Source of the DNA: a virus
Lineage: Duplodnaviria; Caudoviricetes
DNA length: 64,000 nt
Direction: 5' to 3' (one strand)
Virus record (IMG/VR): IMGVR_UViG_2757320360_000002
Span: 1,328-65,327 of that record
The notes beneath the pieces are model-generated. The model saw nothing but the letters and a program-made list of their open reading frames with translations, did no database searches and was not told where the DNA came from. The position numbers and the translations under genes were made by a program. This document shows positions 19,653-29,271 of this stretch, piece by piece (the first letter of the stretch is position 1; each line of letters starts with the position of its first letter).

Positions 19653-20339
19653 TCAGCGGGCAGGCAGCGTCTTCAGGACATCAGCTACATAACCGGCCAA
19701 CACGGCGTCGCCGGCCGCATTCGGGTGCGTGCGATCGCGCCAATAGGTCGACGGGAATCGAACGCCGTTGTGCGAGTCAGTGAAATCGAAAATGCCGCCT
19801 GGGCGCCGCGACTCTACGAGGGCTGTTGCGCCCATCGAGCGGTAGTCCGCCCGCAGTGCCGCGTTGGCGGCCTGCAGCTCCACCTCCCCGGTCTGCGCGG
19901 TATAGACGGCGCCCAGGTAGTCGCCGCGCGGAATGGCCGTCTGCACAATCACAGTCCACCGCTGACCTGGGTAAGCAGCAGCGACGTCAGCCTGCGCCGC
20001 GGCGATGTACTCGGCCAGATCGGCAATAGCTTGCAGGCCAGTTCGGGACACTCCGTTGAAAATACTGTTGGTGATCTCGAACGCGATCAGGATATTGCGG
20101 CGACCGGGCACAAAGGATGCCAATACATCGCTTCGCGTCGCGATCATTTGCCGGATGGTCTGGCCCGACTTGCCGATATTGGAAATCGTCAGGGCATTGC
20201 TGATGGGCGCCATGGCTGCCAGCTGCAGTACCAGATCGCCGGGCAACGTCGGATCAATAATGCTGTTGCCGTCGTAGGTGATGGCTGTACGGGACGGGTC
20301 ATAGATCGTGCGCGCCGTTCCGGTCGGGATGATCATCAT
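19653..20339 (-). CDS. SGNH/GDSL hydrolase
   Basis: Block I YDGNSI, block II GKSG, block III EITNS, block V DRTHPNAAG. Confidence 0.8.
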   Translation of the reverse strand: MMIIPTGTARTIYDPSRTAITYDGNSIIDPTLPGDLVLQLAAMAPISNALTISNIGKSGQTIRQMIATRSDVLASFVPGRRNILIAFEITNSIFNGVSRTGLQAIADLAEYIAAAQADVAAAYPGQRWTVIVQTAIPRGDYLGAVYTAQTGEVELQAANAALRADYRSMGATALVESRRPGGIFDFTDSHNGVRFPSTYWRDRTHPNAAGDAVLAGYVADVLKTLPAR

Positions 20340-22021
20340 GCGGCACCGACAATCTGGCTGGCGGTAAGTACAGCAGATTTCGCAGCCTGGATATGATATT
20401 TAACTGCCGATGCGGAGATGCCGCTCCATGAGTAGATGGTCGTCCACGTCATGCCGCCGTCCTTCGACACCTGTGCGTCAAGATTCGCCCCTGTGATACT
20501 GAGGCGCATGATATCGCCCACGGCGCAGGAAACAGCCACTGTTGCGGCCGTGCTAACTCCCCCAACGACTACACGATAGGTTCCCGTGCTTGGCGCGAAC
20601 ACCGCATAGTCCAGCGAAGTGTAGCCGACAGGGGTGGCAGAATTATCCAGCCCGAGCATTGCCTCGTGCGTCGCGTCGGTGGCCGCGCCAAGCACCACGG
20701 CGCAAGAGCCATCAGTCCCAACCACGCGAGATTTTGTTGCTATGCCGCCCATTGCAGTACCAAATGCTGTGCCATTACCTGTGTAGGCGTATGGATCGGC
20801 GCTACCGCTCTCGGTCGTGTTGACCAGGCTTGCGAACCGAGCATATCCTGCGGCCGGCACTGCTGGCGTAACAGCGGCCGATGGTGCCGACTCGGCGCTG
20901 TTGCCGATATTGTTCACGGCGTGCACGGTGAACGTATAGGCGAACCCGTTCGTCAGGCCAGGCACCGCAATCGGGCCCGATGTGCCGCTGCCAGTAAATC
21001 CGCCTGGCGTTGATGTCGCCACGTAACCGGTGATGGTCGAGCCACCATCGGCACCGGGCGCATAGGTTACAGTGGCCTGGCCATTGCCGGCCACCGCTGC
21101 AACCGCTGTGGGCGCAGCTGGCACGGTCACGACCACGCCGGCATTATTGGCAATCGCGCGGCCGCTAAACGACGCCACCAGATTGCTGGCCGCGTCACGC
21201 AAGCCGCCACTACCGGGCTGGGCATACGCCGCAGTGCGCGCGGCCTCGCCGCTCACAAACGCCGGGGCAACTGTCAAGTCTGCGAAGGCTGCGCGCAAGG
21301 CCACCGCAGTCACGGTGTGGCCGTCGACCGTGAATGCGCCTGCGGTTGGAACAAAGCCGCTGGCCAGCGCCTCGCTGAAGCCGATGGAGAGCACTCCCGG
21401 CGAAGCTGCCGCGACGATAGCTGACGCCACGGTCGGCGGCGTCAAATCTGGGGTCACTTGTACAAGGGGCTGCGAGACCGAAAAATAATTGCGGGTGCCG
21501 ATGCAGAAAAACTGCACAAGGTTCGTAAATCCTGCCGTATTCAGCCAGCCGGACGACGAGGAATGCTCTTCAAAAGCCGCGAAAGAAGGCGCATTCACGC
21601 CATCGGCCAGCAGCTCTGCAACGCATACGCCACCAGAGGTAGCGCCTGAAGGCACGAATGTCAGCGCCCCGTTCACCGCCTTCTTTTCCATCACGACGCT
21701 ACCACCAAGCGGAACAGCAGTCACAAATGGGATCGATCCAGCGGCGCCACCGCTCGATAGGCTCAACACCGCATTTGACGCACTCACATCCACACGTCCC
21801 ACAGAGCACGTCACTAGGAAGCGCTGCAGGCCGGCATAAGGCCCGATCTGCGCCAACGCACCAGCGCCGATGGCCCACGATTGCAGTGAATTCGTGCCAC
21901 CCAGCACTGGATCGAGGCGATACACCACGCCAGCCGCGCCGGCAGAACCGCTGACATTCAGAACTTGACCCTCGGACAAGTTGATGGTTTGCGGCGTGCC
22001 GCCGGCGGTGATGGTTGGCAT
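20336..22021 (-). CDS. Virion appendage protein with SwmB-like, fibronectin III and beta-sandwich domains
   Basis: PTVASA..LSIGFSEAL..F.VDG..Y.QP..LRD..GN-like repeat; PAAPT..GNGQATV..GG..ITGY..LTNG.AYTFTV.AVN FN3 motif. Confidence 0.75.
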   Translation of the reverse strand: MPTITAGGTPQTINLSEGQVLNVSGSAGAAGVVYRLDPVLGGTNSLQSWAIGAGALAQIGPYAGLQRFLVTCSVGRVDVSASNAVLSLSSGGAAGSIPFVTAVPLGGSVVMEKKAVNGALTFVPSGATSGGVCVAELLADGVNAPSFAAFEEHSSSSGWLNTAGFTNLVQFFCIGTRNYFSVSQPLVQVTPDLTPPTVASAIVAAASPGVLSIGFSEALASGFVPTAGAFTVDGHTVTAVALRAAFADLTVAPAFVSGEAARTAAYAQPGSGGLRDAASNLVASFSGRAIANNAGVVVTVPAAPTAVAAVAGNGQATVTYAPGADGGSTITGYVATSTPGGFTGSGTSGPIAVPGLTNGFAYTFTVHAVNNIGNSAESAPSAAVTPAVPAAGYARFASLVNTTESGSADPYAYTGNGTAFGTAMGGIATKSRVVGTDGSCAVVLGAATDATHEAMLGLDNSATPVGYTSLDYAVFAPSTGTYRVVVGGVSTAATVAVSCAVGDIMRLSITGANLDAQVSKDGGMTWTTIYSWSGISASAVKYHIQAAKSAVLTASQIVGAA

Positions 22022-22083
22022 AGTGGCTTTCGGGAATGCGGTTTATGGAATACCCCGGCGCGCGGGGTGGTGCTGGACAGGGA

Positions 22084-22452
22084 TTACGCCTTGGCGACTT
22101 TTGCTGGCTTTTCGGCCGTGGCCGTGGCTGGTGCAACTTGCGACTGTGCGGCAGCAGCGTCCTTGGCAGCCTGGAGGCTTGCCGCTTCGTCGCGCAGGCG
22201 CTGCGCTTCGGCCTCGTTGGCCCGCGCCTGCTCGGCAACGTGCTCTTTCTCGGCCCCCAGTTCGCGCTCGCGTTCCAGCAGCTGATCGCGGGCCGCCAGC
22301 AGTTCGGCCATGGTCGGCGCGCGCTCGGATGGCGCGCCCAGATCCTGGTCGCCGTACAGCTCGTGCACGTCGGGGTTGAAGTCGGATTTATTGATGACGA
22401 CGAATGGGCCCTGCGTGTGCGGGTCCGTCGATACGATTTTGAGGGTATCCAT
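22084..22452 (-). CDS. Conserved phage protein after capsid gene
   Basis: QGPFVVINKSDFNPDVHELY plus coiled coil; RBS present. Confidence 0.7.
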   Translation of the reverse strand: MDTLKIVSTDPHTQGPFVVINKSDFNPDVHELYGDQDLGAPSERAPTMAELLAARDQLLERERELGAEKEHVAEQARANEAEAQRLRDEAASLQAAKDAAAAQSQVAPATATAEKPAKVAKA

Positions 22453-22509
22453 GGTGAATTCCAGGTGAGGCCCGGCAGCACCGCAGTGCTGGACGGGCCA
22501 GGTTGATAA

Positions 22510-23877
22510 TTATCCCAGCAGGATGCCGAAGTGCTCGTCCTTGGCGGTGCCGCAGCCCCATACCAGTGCGATCTCGTACTGCACCTGACGGTACTGCATG
22601 TACATGCTCACCTCGAACGACAGGCCCGACACCGGATCGGTGATGATGGTGCGGTCAACAGCCGAGTCGCCTTGCGCTGGCAGCGCAGGCACGCGGGTGG
22701 CCAGCACGATCGCCGAACGGGCGAAGAACAGGTTGCGGAAGCCAACGTTGGCAACGGTGATCGCCGTTGCGGCAGCAGGGATTGCCTGCATCAGGCCGGG
22801 AGCAGCCAGGGTGATGGTGCCGCCGTTCGAGGCGTCCGCATCGCCGGAGGCAACCACGTATTTGTTTTCCGGGTCGCCAGCAATGCTGACTACATCACCA
22901 GCAACAAACGTGCCGGTACCAGCTGCCGCCATCGTGATAACCGTGGCGCCGAAAGCATAGCCTGCGGCATTGGTTGTGGCGCCGACAGCGGTGCCCTTGG
23001 CTGGGCGCTTGATCTGGGACGACTGGCGCAGCGCCAGATTCTGCAAGCGGTCTGTGATACCGTTGCGCAGCATGTCTTCGCGGCCAGCCTCATTGACCTT
23101 GAACAGGCCCGATTGCTTGCTGCGCATGTTTTGCATGGCGGCACTGCCCAGGACCAGCTGGAAGTCCAGGCCTTGGGCGCCGTTGTCTTCCAGAATGCGC
23201 AGCGCGCCGGCAGTGTCATTCAGCTCGTTGGCGACGCCAAACGGAGCAGTGCCTGGGGTGCCGTATGCGCGCGAGGCCTTGACGTGCAGCGCCGTCAGGT
23301 CGCTTTCGACCTCATTGGCCAGCGTGCGCATCGCTTGCGCGAACTGGTCGCGCAAGATGATGTTGTAGCTATTGCCACTGTTATCCAGCGCCAGTTTCTC
23401 TTCACCGTTCCAGCGGATTGGGACGCGGCGCGCTTTCGTCAGCGTGACGCCCTTGTTGCCGATGTTCTGGTTGCCGTCATCTGGCGGCGTAACGGCTGGC
23501 ACAATATCAGTCGCAGTTGCTGCTGGCGCAACTGGCGAAGTGACGGTCTGACCAACGGCGGCACGCGCGAAGGTCATGTCACTCGACACGGCCGGGATCA
23601 TACCGATCTGTTCGCGGGAAACCACATCCATCGCGTTATACAGCGTATTGATGAGGCCTGTCAGGTTGTTGGCGCCGAGTACCAGGCCGGTCTTGGCGGC
23701 GTAGTTCCAGACGTATCCATACGCCAGCTCGCGCGCCACGCGTGCGCAGAAGACTGCCTTGCTGATGGCTGGCGCAGCGAAGCCCCGCACAGCCTGGGCG
23801 CTGGCGGTTGCGGCCGAGGTGGCCGTGGACAATGCCATGGCGGCGAGCGCCACGGCAAAAGCGAACATTTTTTTCAT
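22510..23877 (-). CDS. Major capsid protein (P22-coat-like) with signal-peptide-like 68-aa leader
   Basis: ANNLTGLINTLYNAMDVVSREQIGMIPAV..QYRQVQYEIALVWG typical of this family; AAGG RBS before MKKMFAFAVALAAM. Confidence 0.88.
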   Translation of the reverse strand: MKKMFAFAVALAAMALSTATSAATASAQAVRGFAAPAISKAVFCARVARELAYGYVWNYAAKTGLVLGANNLTGLINTLYNAMDVVSREQIGMIPAVSSDMTFARAAVGQTVTSPVAPAATATDIVPAVTPPDDGNQNIGNKGVTLTKARRVPIRWNGEEKLALDNSGNSYNIILRDQFAQAMRTLANEVESDLTALHVKASRAYGTPGTAPFGVANELNDTAGALRILEDNGAQGLDFQLVLGSAAMQNMRSKQSGLFKVNEAGREDMLRNGITDRLQNLALRQSSQIKRPAKGTAVGATTNAAGYAFGATVITMAAAGTGTFVAGDVVSIAGDPENKYVVASGDADASNGGTITLAAPGLMQAIPAAATAITVANVGFRNLFFARSAIVLATRVPALPAQGDSAVDRTIITDPVSGLSFEVSMYMQYRQVQYEIALVWGCGTAKDEHFGILLG

Positions 23878-24047
23878 GTTGATTGCCTTAAAGGTAAGTG
23901 GTTTGGGATTTCCAGCAGCAGGCCATCCGGCCCAAAGCACCGACTTAGCCCATCCAGGCGCCGGCAAATGTATTGCGATGTTGCGGTAATGCCGATATGA
24001 AAAAGCCCGCGCACGGCAGGCCATTCGGTGGAACAGGGAAATCGGGA

Positions 24048-24860
24048 TCAGTCGACCAGCACGGCGCCGCCGCTCAGCAGACCGGCGCGTGCCGATGGGT
24101 CGGCCGCTTCGTACTGGGCGCGCGTGACCTGCTTGGCGTTTCCGCTGCCGCCCGAGCCACCGCCTTGCGCGCCGCCGCCAGATGCGCCAGAGCCCTTCAG
24201 GATCTGATCTTTGAATGGGCAGGCGGCGACCAGCTGCGCCAGACCTTCATCGAAGTCGGCCACTTCACCCGGGCGGGTCGGCGAGAAAATCTTGTTGCCG
24301 GCGGCGTCGTACGGCACCATCTTGCCGTCCTCGACCTTGAAATGGCTGCCGAAATAGGCTTTTGCCATCTCGGTCGGGATCGCCAGGCGGCTCGGGTGCT
24401 TGTCGTCGGTCAGCAGCTTCGAACTGGCGAAGCCGCCGCCGATCATGTGGGTGTTCAATTCGTTGGTGCGCTTATCCAGCTGCGCGGTCAATTCCTGCAA
24501 CTGCGTGGCGCTCGCCTTGGCTTGGGCGGCGACTTGCTCTTGCGCGGTCTTGGCTGCCGCATCTTGGATTTCCTTTACCTGGGCGGCCGTCTTCAGTTCG
24601 CCGGAGCTGAGGCTCTTCACCGTATTCAGGGCGGCCAGTGCAGCCACGCCGTCTTCGATGCCTTCAAAGGTCTTCAGCTTGGCCTCTGCAACCTCCTTCG
24701 CCTCGCGGTGGGTCTTGGCCTCGCCGTTCAGGCGGGTGATTGTGCCCAGCGTGGTATCCGCGTCGAATGGCGCTTCGGTACCGTTGGGATGAATAAAGAT
24801 CGGCAGCTTCTTCTCGCCGTCGATTGCAATGGTTCCGTCTGCGTTGAATTTGAATGGCAT
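24048..24860 (-). CDS. Capsid scaffolding protein (DUF6651-like)
   Basis: P.FIHPNG.EAPFDA..I.RLNGEAK.HRE..ILKGSGASGGGA pattern. Confidence 0.85.
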   Translation of the reverse strand: MPFKFNADGTIAIDGEKKLPIFIHPNGTEAPFDADTTLGTITRLNGEAKTHREAKEVAEAKLKTFEGIEDGVAALAALNTVKSLSSGELKTAAQVKEIQDAAAKTAQEQVAAQAKASATQLQELTAQLDKRTNELNTHMIGGGFASSKLLTDDKHPSRLAIPTEMAKAYFGSHFKVEDGKMVPYDAAGNKIFSPTRPGEVADFDEGLAQLVAACPFKDQILKGSGASGGGAQGGGSGGSGNAKQVTRAQYEAADPSARAGLLSGGAVLVD

Positions 24861-24925
24861 GGTTGTTTCTTTCTGGGCTCAATGGCCTTCCGGCCGTGCA
24901 CCGCGTCGCGTCCGCTGGCGGCAAT

Positions 24926-24946
24926 AAAAAACCGCCTCAAGGGCGG
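24926..24946 (-). terminator. Probable intrinsic terminator upstream of scaffold gene
   Basis: CCGCC-tcaag-GGCGG hairpin next to A6 tract. Confidence 0.6.
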
Positions 24947-24964
24947 CGTGTGAAATCGTTCGTG

Positions 24965-25369
24965 CTACATGCGCTCCAAGCGCTCGGCTCTCGACACATC
25001 GTCGGGATGGCTCGACAGCTTGCGCAGCGCGCTGGCCAGGTGTGCACCGTGCCCGCGCGCGACGGCGTAGTCATCGGCTTCGAGTTCTTGTCGGCGCCGG
25101 CGCTGCGGCCCAGGCGTCAAAAGCAGGCATCGCAACAGCAGGTTGGTCCAGATATGCAGGTGGTGGCCGTGGCCATGCTCATGAGCTACGACGGCGGCGA
25201 TCTCGGTCGGCGCCAGCAGTGTTGGGAGCAAGGCCGGTAGGCGCGCCCGGAATCCGTCGAAGTGCACCTGGTGAACCGGCAGAACAGTCGCCGCGAGAGC
25301 GACCATCAGCAGGTTGAGGACGACCCACGCGCCCCATACGCCAGCAGCGACTTGCAGTGCAATTTCCAT
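24965..25369 (-). CDS. Small membrane-anchored M48/M56-like zinc metalloprotease
   Basis: N-terminal TM, HEHGH (HExxH), QELEADDYA third ligand, SSHP..RAERL HtpX-like tail. Confidence 0.8.
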   Translation of the reverse strand: MEIALQVAAGVWGAWVVLNLLMVALAATVLPVHQVHFDGFRARLPALLPTLLAPTEIAAVVAHEHGHGHHLHIWTNLLLRCLLLTPGPQRRRRQELEADDYAVARGHGAHLASALRKLSSHPDDVSRAERLERM

Positions 25370-25384
25370 TCGCCCTCACTTTTG

Positions 25385-26605
25385 CTATCTGTACTTCGCC
25401 TGCAGTTCCTCCAGCGTAAGCTTTCGCCCCTTGAGGTTCATCAGGTCGTTCAGCGTAATCTTGCCCGCCTCGTACATCTCAGCGCGGCCTGGGCCCAGGT
25501 ACTCAGCCCGCCAGGCCGCGTCCTTGCTCGCCAAGAAGCTGGCAAAGTTCATCTTGCTACTGACCGGGCCGCCGTCGCTGGGGCGCGTGCTTTCGCCCGG
25601 TTCGTCCAACTCGATGCCCAGGTCCGCAAAGGACTTGGTGCGCGTGCTGAGCACACAGCGGCAGCTGAAATGAATGGCGCCAGGGCCACCTGCCCACTCG
25701 TGGGTGTGATTGATCGGCTCCTGGTCGTCCAGCGAGTACTCGTGCAGGTCACGCATGGCGCACAACAGGCATGTGTGCGAATCCAGCGTGGCCAGCCACA
25801 CCAGGCACTCGATCAGGTCCGCGTTCTGCTTGAACGAGGCCAGGCGCGCAGCATTGGCCACGGCCTGCACCGAGCTGTGCACCAGCGCGCGGGCATTTGC
25901 GGCTGACGTTTTCAAGATGCCCTGCTCGCCCGGCGCTACAGGATCCGGCGCGGCGCCAGGCGGCTTGGCGGCTGGATCAGCTGGCGGCGCACCCGGCTTC
26001 GTTGCTGGCCCGGCGGGCGGCGCCTTCGAATCTGGCATTGGAGGCGTGGCAGGCAATGCCGGCTTGTTGGCCGGCGAATCGGCCGCTTTGGCGCTCTTAC
26101 CCAGTACGCGCGACACGATCTGCGACGTCGTCTCACCCTGCGCAGCACCGAGCCGGACCTGGCTGGCGAAGCGGAATTGCGTGTCAAGTGCCTGGCGCTT
26201 CCACCAGTCCGCTGACGAGGCGCCCTTGATCAGGGTATCGCCGACCAGCTTCTCCAGATAGGTGGCCGGCGGCAGTTTGGCGCCCAGCTCGATCTTGAGC
26301 GCCTGCGTCAGCACTTTGGCCGTGTAATCGGCCTCGATGCGCACCATGCCGGTCAGGTTGCGGGACATTTCCGCCTGCATGCCGGTGTAATGCGACGAAA
26401 TCACCGCATTCGACTCGCGCAGCAGCGCGCCCAGGCGCTGCTTGCCATAGGTCGATATCTCGCCTTCGTTCAGCTTGGCCGTCAATTCCTTCGACATGGC
26501 GGCCATCAGCAGCAGGATCTTCTCTTGCGCACCGGATGAAAAGCGCAGCAGGTTCAGCGAATGCACGAGAAACATCTCGGCAATCCACTCTTCGAGCGCG
26601 CCCAT
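25385..26605 (-). CDS. Minor head morphogenesis protein (Mu gpF/SPP1 gp7-like) with Pro/Ala-rich insertion
   Basis: WLATLDSHTCLLC..HFSCRC motif; follows portal. Confidence 0.85.
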   Translation of the reverse strand: MGALEEWIAEMFLVHSLNLLRFSSGAQEKILLLMAAMSKELTAKLNEGEISTYGKQRLGALLRESNAVISSHYTGMQAEMSRNLTGMVRIEADYTAKVLTQALKIELGAKLPPATYLEKLVGDTLIKGASSADWWKRQALDTQFRFASQVRLGAAQGETTSQIVSRVLGKSAKAADSPANKPALPATPPMPDSKAPPAGPATKPGAPPADPAAKPPGAAPDPVAPGEQGILKTSAANARALVHSSVQAVANAARLASFKQNADLIECLVWLATLDSHTCLLCAMRDLHEYSLDDQEPINHTHEWAGGPGAIHFSCRCVLSTRTKSFADLGIELDEPGESTRPSDGGPVSSKMNFASFLASKDAAWRAEYLGPGRAEMYEAGKITLNDLMNLKGRKLTLEELQAKYR

Positions 26606-27970
26606 CTATGCCCCCATCAAGTCAGGTAAAGCGGACTGGATACGCTCCTGCTCCGTCTCCCAGTCCAGGTCCGGCGACAAGATGCCGCGGCGCTGCAGCT
26701 CGTTGAAGTACGTCTCGCCCGAGATTTTCCCGCCGGCGGCGCTCTTGAACAGCAGCTCGGCACTGGCCTCGGCGAGCGATGCGGCGCCGAAGTCTTTGAA
26801 AATGGTGATGTGACCGCCTTCGCCCTCCCCCACCCATTCAGCCATGAACTGCAGCGCCTGGTCGCCGGCGTCCTCGACGTTGCCCGCGATCTTCTGCAAC
26901 GCGCATGCGCCCTGCTCGTTGTCGGCCAGGGTCTGGCTCTCGGTCACGTTGCCTGGCTTGATCACCAGCAGTTCGGCGCCAGCCTGGCGCATGCGATCTT
27001 CCAGGTCGAGAATGGACAAGCGGCCGGCCTCGATGGCCTTGCCGCCGTGTTCCACGAATTTCAGGTCACCGTCCGGGCTCTCCGTCTTGACCGCGCTGCC
27101 GGCGCCGACCGTGATGCCGCCCTCGCCCAGCATCTTGGCAAACAGGATCGGAACCCGCGCGACGTGCAGGATGTTCTGCTGGTCGCTCTTGCTCTGCCAA
27201 TGCTCCACGTTGCTGTGAGCCAGCTCGAGCAGCGGCGGCGTGGCCTGCATGTAGCCCAGGCGCTTGCCGTAGACGGGCACGAATGGGATGATTTTCAGGC
27301 TGGTGACGCCCTCCTCATGCAGCACCCACTCCTTTTTGCTACCGGTTTCGCTCTGGCGCCAGGTCTGCCAGGTGCCCCGCCCCAAGACGCGTACCTGCTC
27401 GATTTCCTTGGTGTCGAAGTCACCATTCGGCTCGGACACGCTCTCCAGCAGCCGCAACTGGGTCAGCCCGTCAAGGCTGGTCGCATTCTTCGGTAGCCAG
27501 CCCAGCACGTTCTGCACATGCACCTGAACGAAGTACGGCCGCACGCCGGCTGCCTGCTCGTCGGCCTTCGTGACCAAGTTGCCAGCCTTGGGGAAGTCGA
27601 CCAGGATGCCAGCGAAGCCGTAGCCCATCGCCTCCTGGGTGATCTCCGACAAGAAGCTATGCAGGTCTCGGCCGGACAGGTCGACATTTTGCAACCAAGG
27701 CTTGAGCCGTTCCGGCACGTCCTCGCCCAGCGTCACCGGTTTGCTGAATGGCTTGGCCGACAGCACGTCGATGGTACGAGCATAGGCCGGGAACAGCGTG
27801 GCGACGGCCAGGCGCAGATCATAGCTTTCGCCGTCCTCGCCCGGCCACTGCGGCAAATACTTCTTGCCAGCGGCCCGCATGGTCTTCGTGCCGCCCAACA
27901 GCGCGGCGATCAGCGCGCAATCCTCGTTCAGCTTGGCCGCTTCGGCTGATTGTGTGCGTACATCGGTCAT
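26606..27970 (-). CDS. Portal protein (DUF4055-type)
   Basis: LLGGTKTMRAAG..YLPQW..PPLLELA..N..HWQSKSDQ..LHVARVP pattern; follows TerL. Confidence 0.9.
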   Translation of the reverse strand: MTDVRTQSAEAAKLNEDCALIAALLGGTKTMRAAGKKYLPQWPGEDGESYDLRLAVATLFPAYARTIDVLSAKPFSKPVTLGEDVPERLKPWLQNVDLSGRDLHSFLSEITQEAMGYGFAGILVDFPKAGNLVTKADEQAAGVRPYFVQVHVQNVLGWLPKNATSLDGLTQLRLLESVSEPNGDFDTKEIEQVRVLGRGTWQTWRQSETGSKKEWVLHEEGVTSLKIIPFVPVYGKRLGYMQATPPLLELAHSNVEHWQSKSDQQNILHVARVPILFAKMLGEGGITVGAGSAVKTESPDGDLKFVEHGGKAIEAGRLSILDLEDRMRQAGAELLVIKPGNVTESQTLADNEQGACALQKIAGNVEDAGDQALQFMAEWVGEGEGGHITIFKDFGAASLAEASAELLFKSAAGGKISGETYFNELQRRGILSPDLDWETEQERIQSALPDLMGA

Positions 27971-27984
27971 GGAAATCCTTGTTG

Positions 27985-29271
27985 TTACATGCGCAGCGGC
28001 GCGGTCGTCGTCGTGCTCTTCACGATTGGATAGCGCTTCACGAGGAAGTAGCCATTTGCATCGTTCGGGTGGTCATGGCCAGATTTCTTGTCTGGCTGGC
28101 CGTCGGAGCCCCATACCTGCTGCTCCAGCGCCTCGGTGGTGGTCGGGCACTGGTCGGTGTTGATCTTCCAGCGGCGCTCGCCCTGGGCATTCAGGATCAT
28201 TCCGTTATAGGCGTTGACCCGGTCCTTGACCGCAGGGTTTGAGTGGTTCACTTCAAGCAGGAAGCCCGCCTGGCGCAAAATGGACAGGTCGGACTCGCTG
28301 GCATTCTTGCTGCTGGTGTTCTGGCCGGAGGCATCCGGGAAAATCTTCACCTGGTGGCCTTTGTCCTTGAAGTCTTCTTTCAGGATCCGGGCCATGGCTG
28401 GCGTATCACGGACTTGCACGCGCTCGGCCAGCGTGCGCGGCAGGCCGTCACGCACCACGTTGACGCAGGCCGTCATGTTCTGGACGTTGAAATCGAGGCC
28501 CACCATCAACGGCTCGCCCGGCAGGATGATCTCGTTCGTGTGGTTCAGCGCGCGGTCGAAATCGGCATACACGCTGCCGCTGGTCAGGTTGGTGAACTTG
28601 CCGCGCAGGTAGGCGTCGATCAGCGCTGGCGGGTAGCTAGCCATCAGCGACGGGATATAGTCGTCTGGCAAATTCAACTCGTTGTCGAACGTGCTCGCCT
28701 GAATCAGACCGTACAGGCTGGCCAGCTCAGGCTTGTCGCGGATGGCCTTCACGAACTGCTGGTAGACGAACTTGAAGCCCTCGGGCGTCGTCGTCACGTC
28801 GATGCCGTTCATCAGCCCCGGCACCTTGTAGCGCATCCGGGCGATGATCTTGCGCCAGGCCATCTGCGCCTTTTTCAAGGGCATCACGTCCAGCTCATCG
28901 ATCAGCGCGTGGCCGATCTTGAAGCCGACGATGGTTTCCGGCTTTTCCATCGAGCGGCAAATAACCGTGCCCCGATAGCGCCGACCCTCGTACACCTCGA
29001 CTTCGTGGTCGCCCTGCTTCACCTTGATGCGCAGGCCCATCGCGTAGGCCACCTCCTCCATCGTCGGATAAAAGATGTCGCGGATCTGCGGATAGGTTGG
29101 CGCGAAGTAGCCCTGGTTGATGCCCGGCCACTGCCAGAAGTGAGCACAGATGCCAGCGCAGCCCACAAACGTCTTGCCGGAGCCGAACCCGGCCACGTAG
29201 GCCTTGAACTTGTGCGGCAGCTGCAGGAAGCTCGATTGCGGGACGTTCAGGTCAAACTGGATTGTCGTCAT
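27985..29271 (-). CDS. terL: Terminase large subunit
   Basis: Walker A AGFGSGKT, Walker B LIDELD, nuclease GLDFN and DHPNDA. Confidence 0.95.
   Translation of the reverse strand: MTTIQFDLNVPQSSFLQLPHKFKAYVAGFGSGKTFVGCAGICAHFWQWPGINQGYFAPTYPQIRDIFYPTMEEVAYAMGLRIKVKQGDHEVEVYEGRRYRGTVICRSMEKPETIVGFKIGHALIDELDVMPLKKAQMAWRKIIARMRYKVPGLMNGIDVTTTPEGFKFVYQQFVKAIRDKPELASLYGLIQASTFDNELNLPDDYIPSLMASYPPALIDAYLRGKFTNLTSGSVYADFDRALNHTNEIILPGEPLMVGLDFNVQNMTACVNVVRDGLPRTLAERVQVRDTPAMARILKEDFKDKGHQVKIFPDASGQNTSSKNASESDLSILRQAGFLLEVNHSNPAVKDRVNAYNGMILNAQGERRWKINTDQCPTTTEALEQQVWGSDGQPDKKSGHDHPNDANGYFLVKRYPIVKSTTTTAPLRM

Noticed and set aside
23878-24024. Longer 504-aa capsid start given by the ORF track
   Set aside because: No RBS at that start and non-protein-like sequence; the RBS supports ATG 23877.
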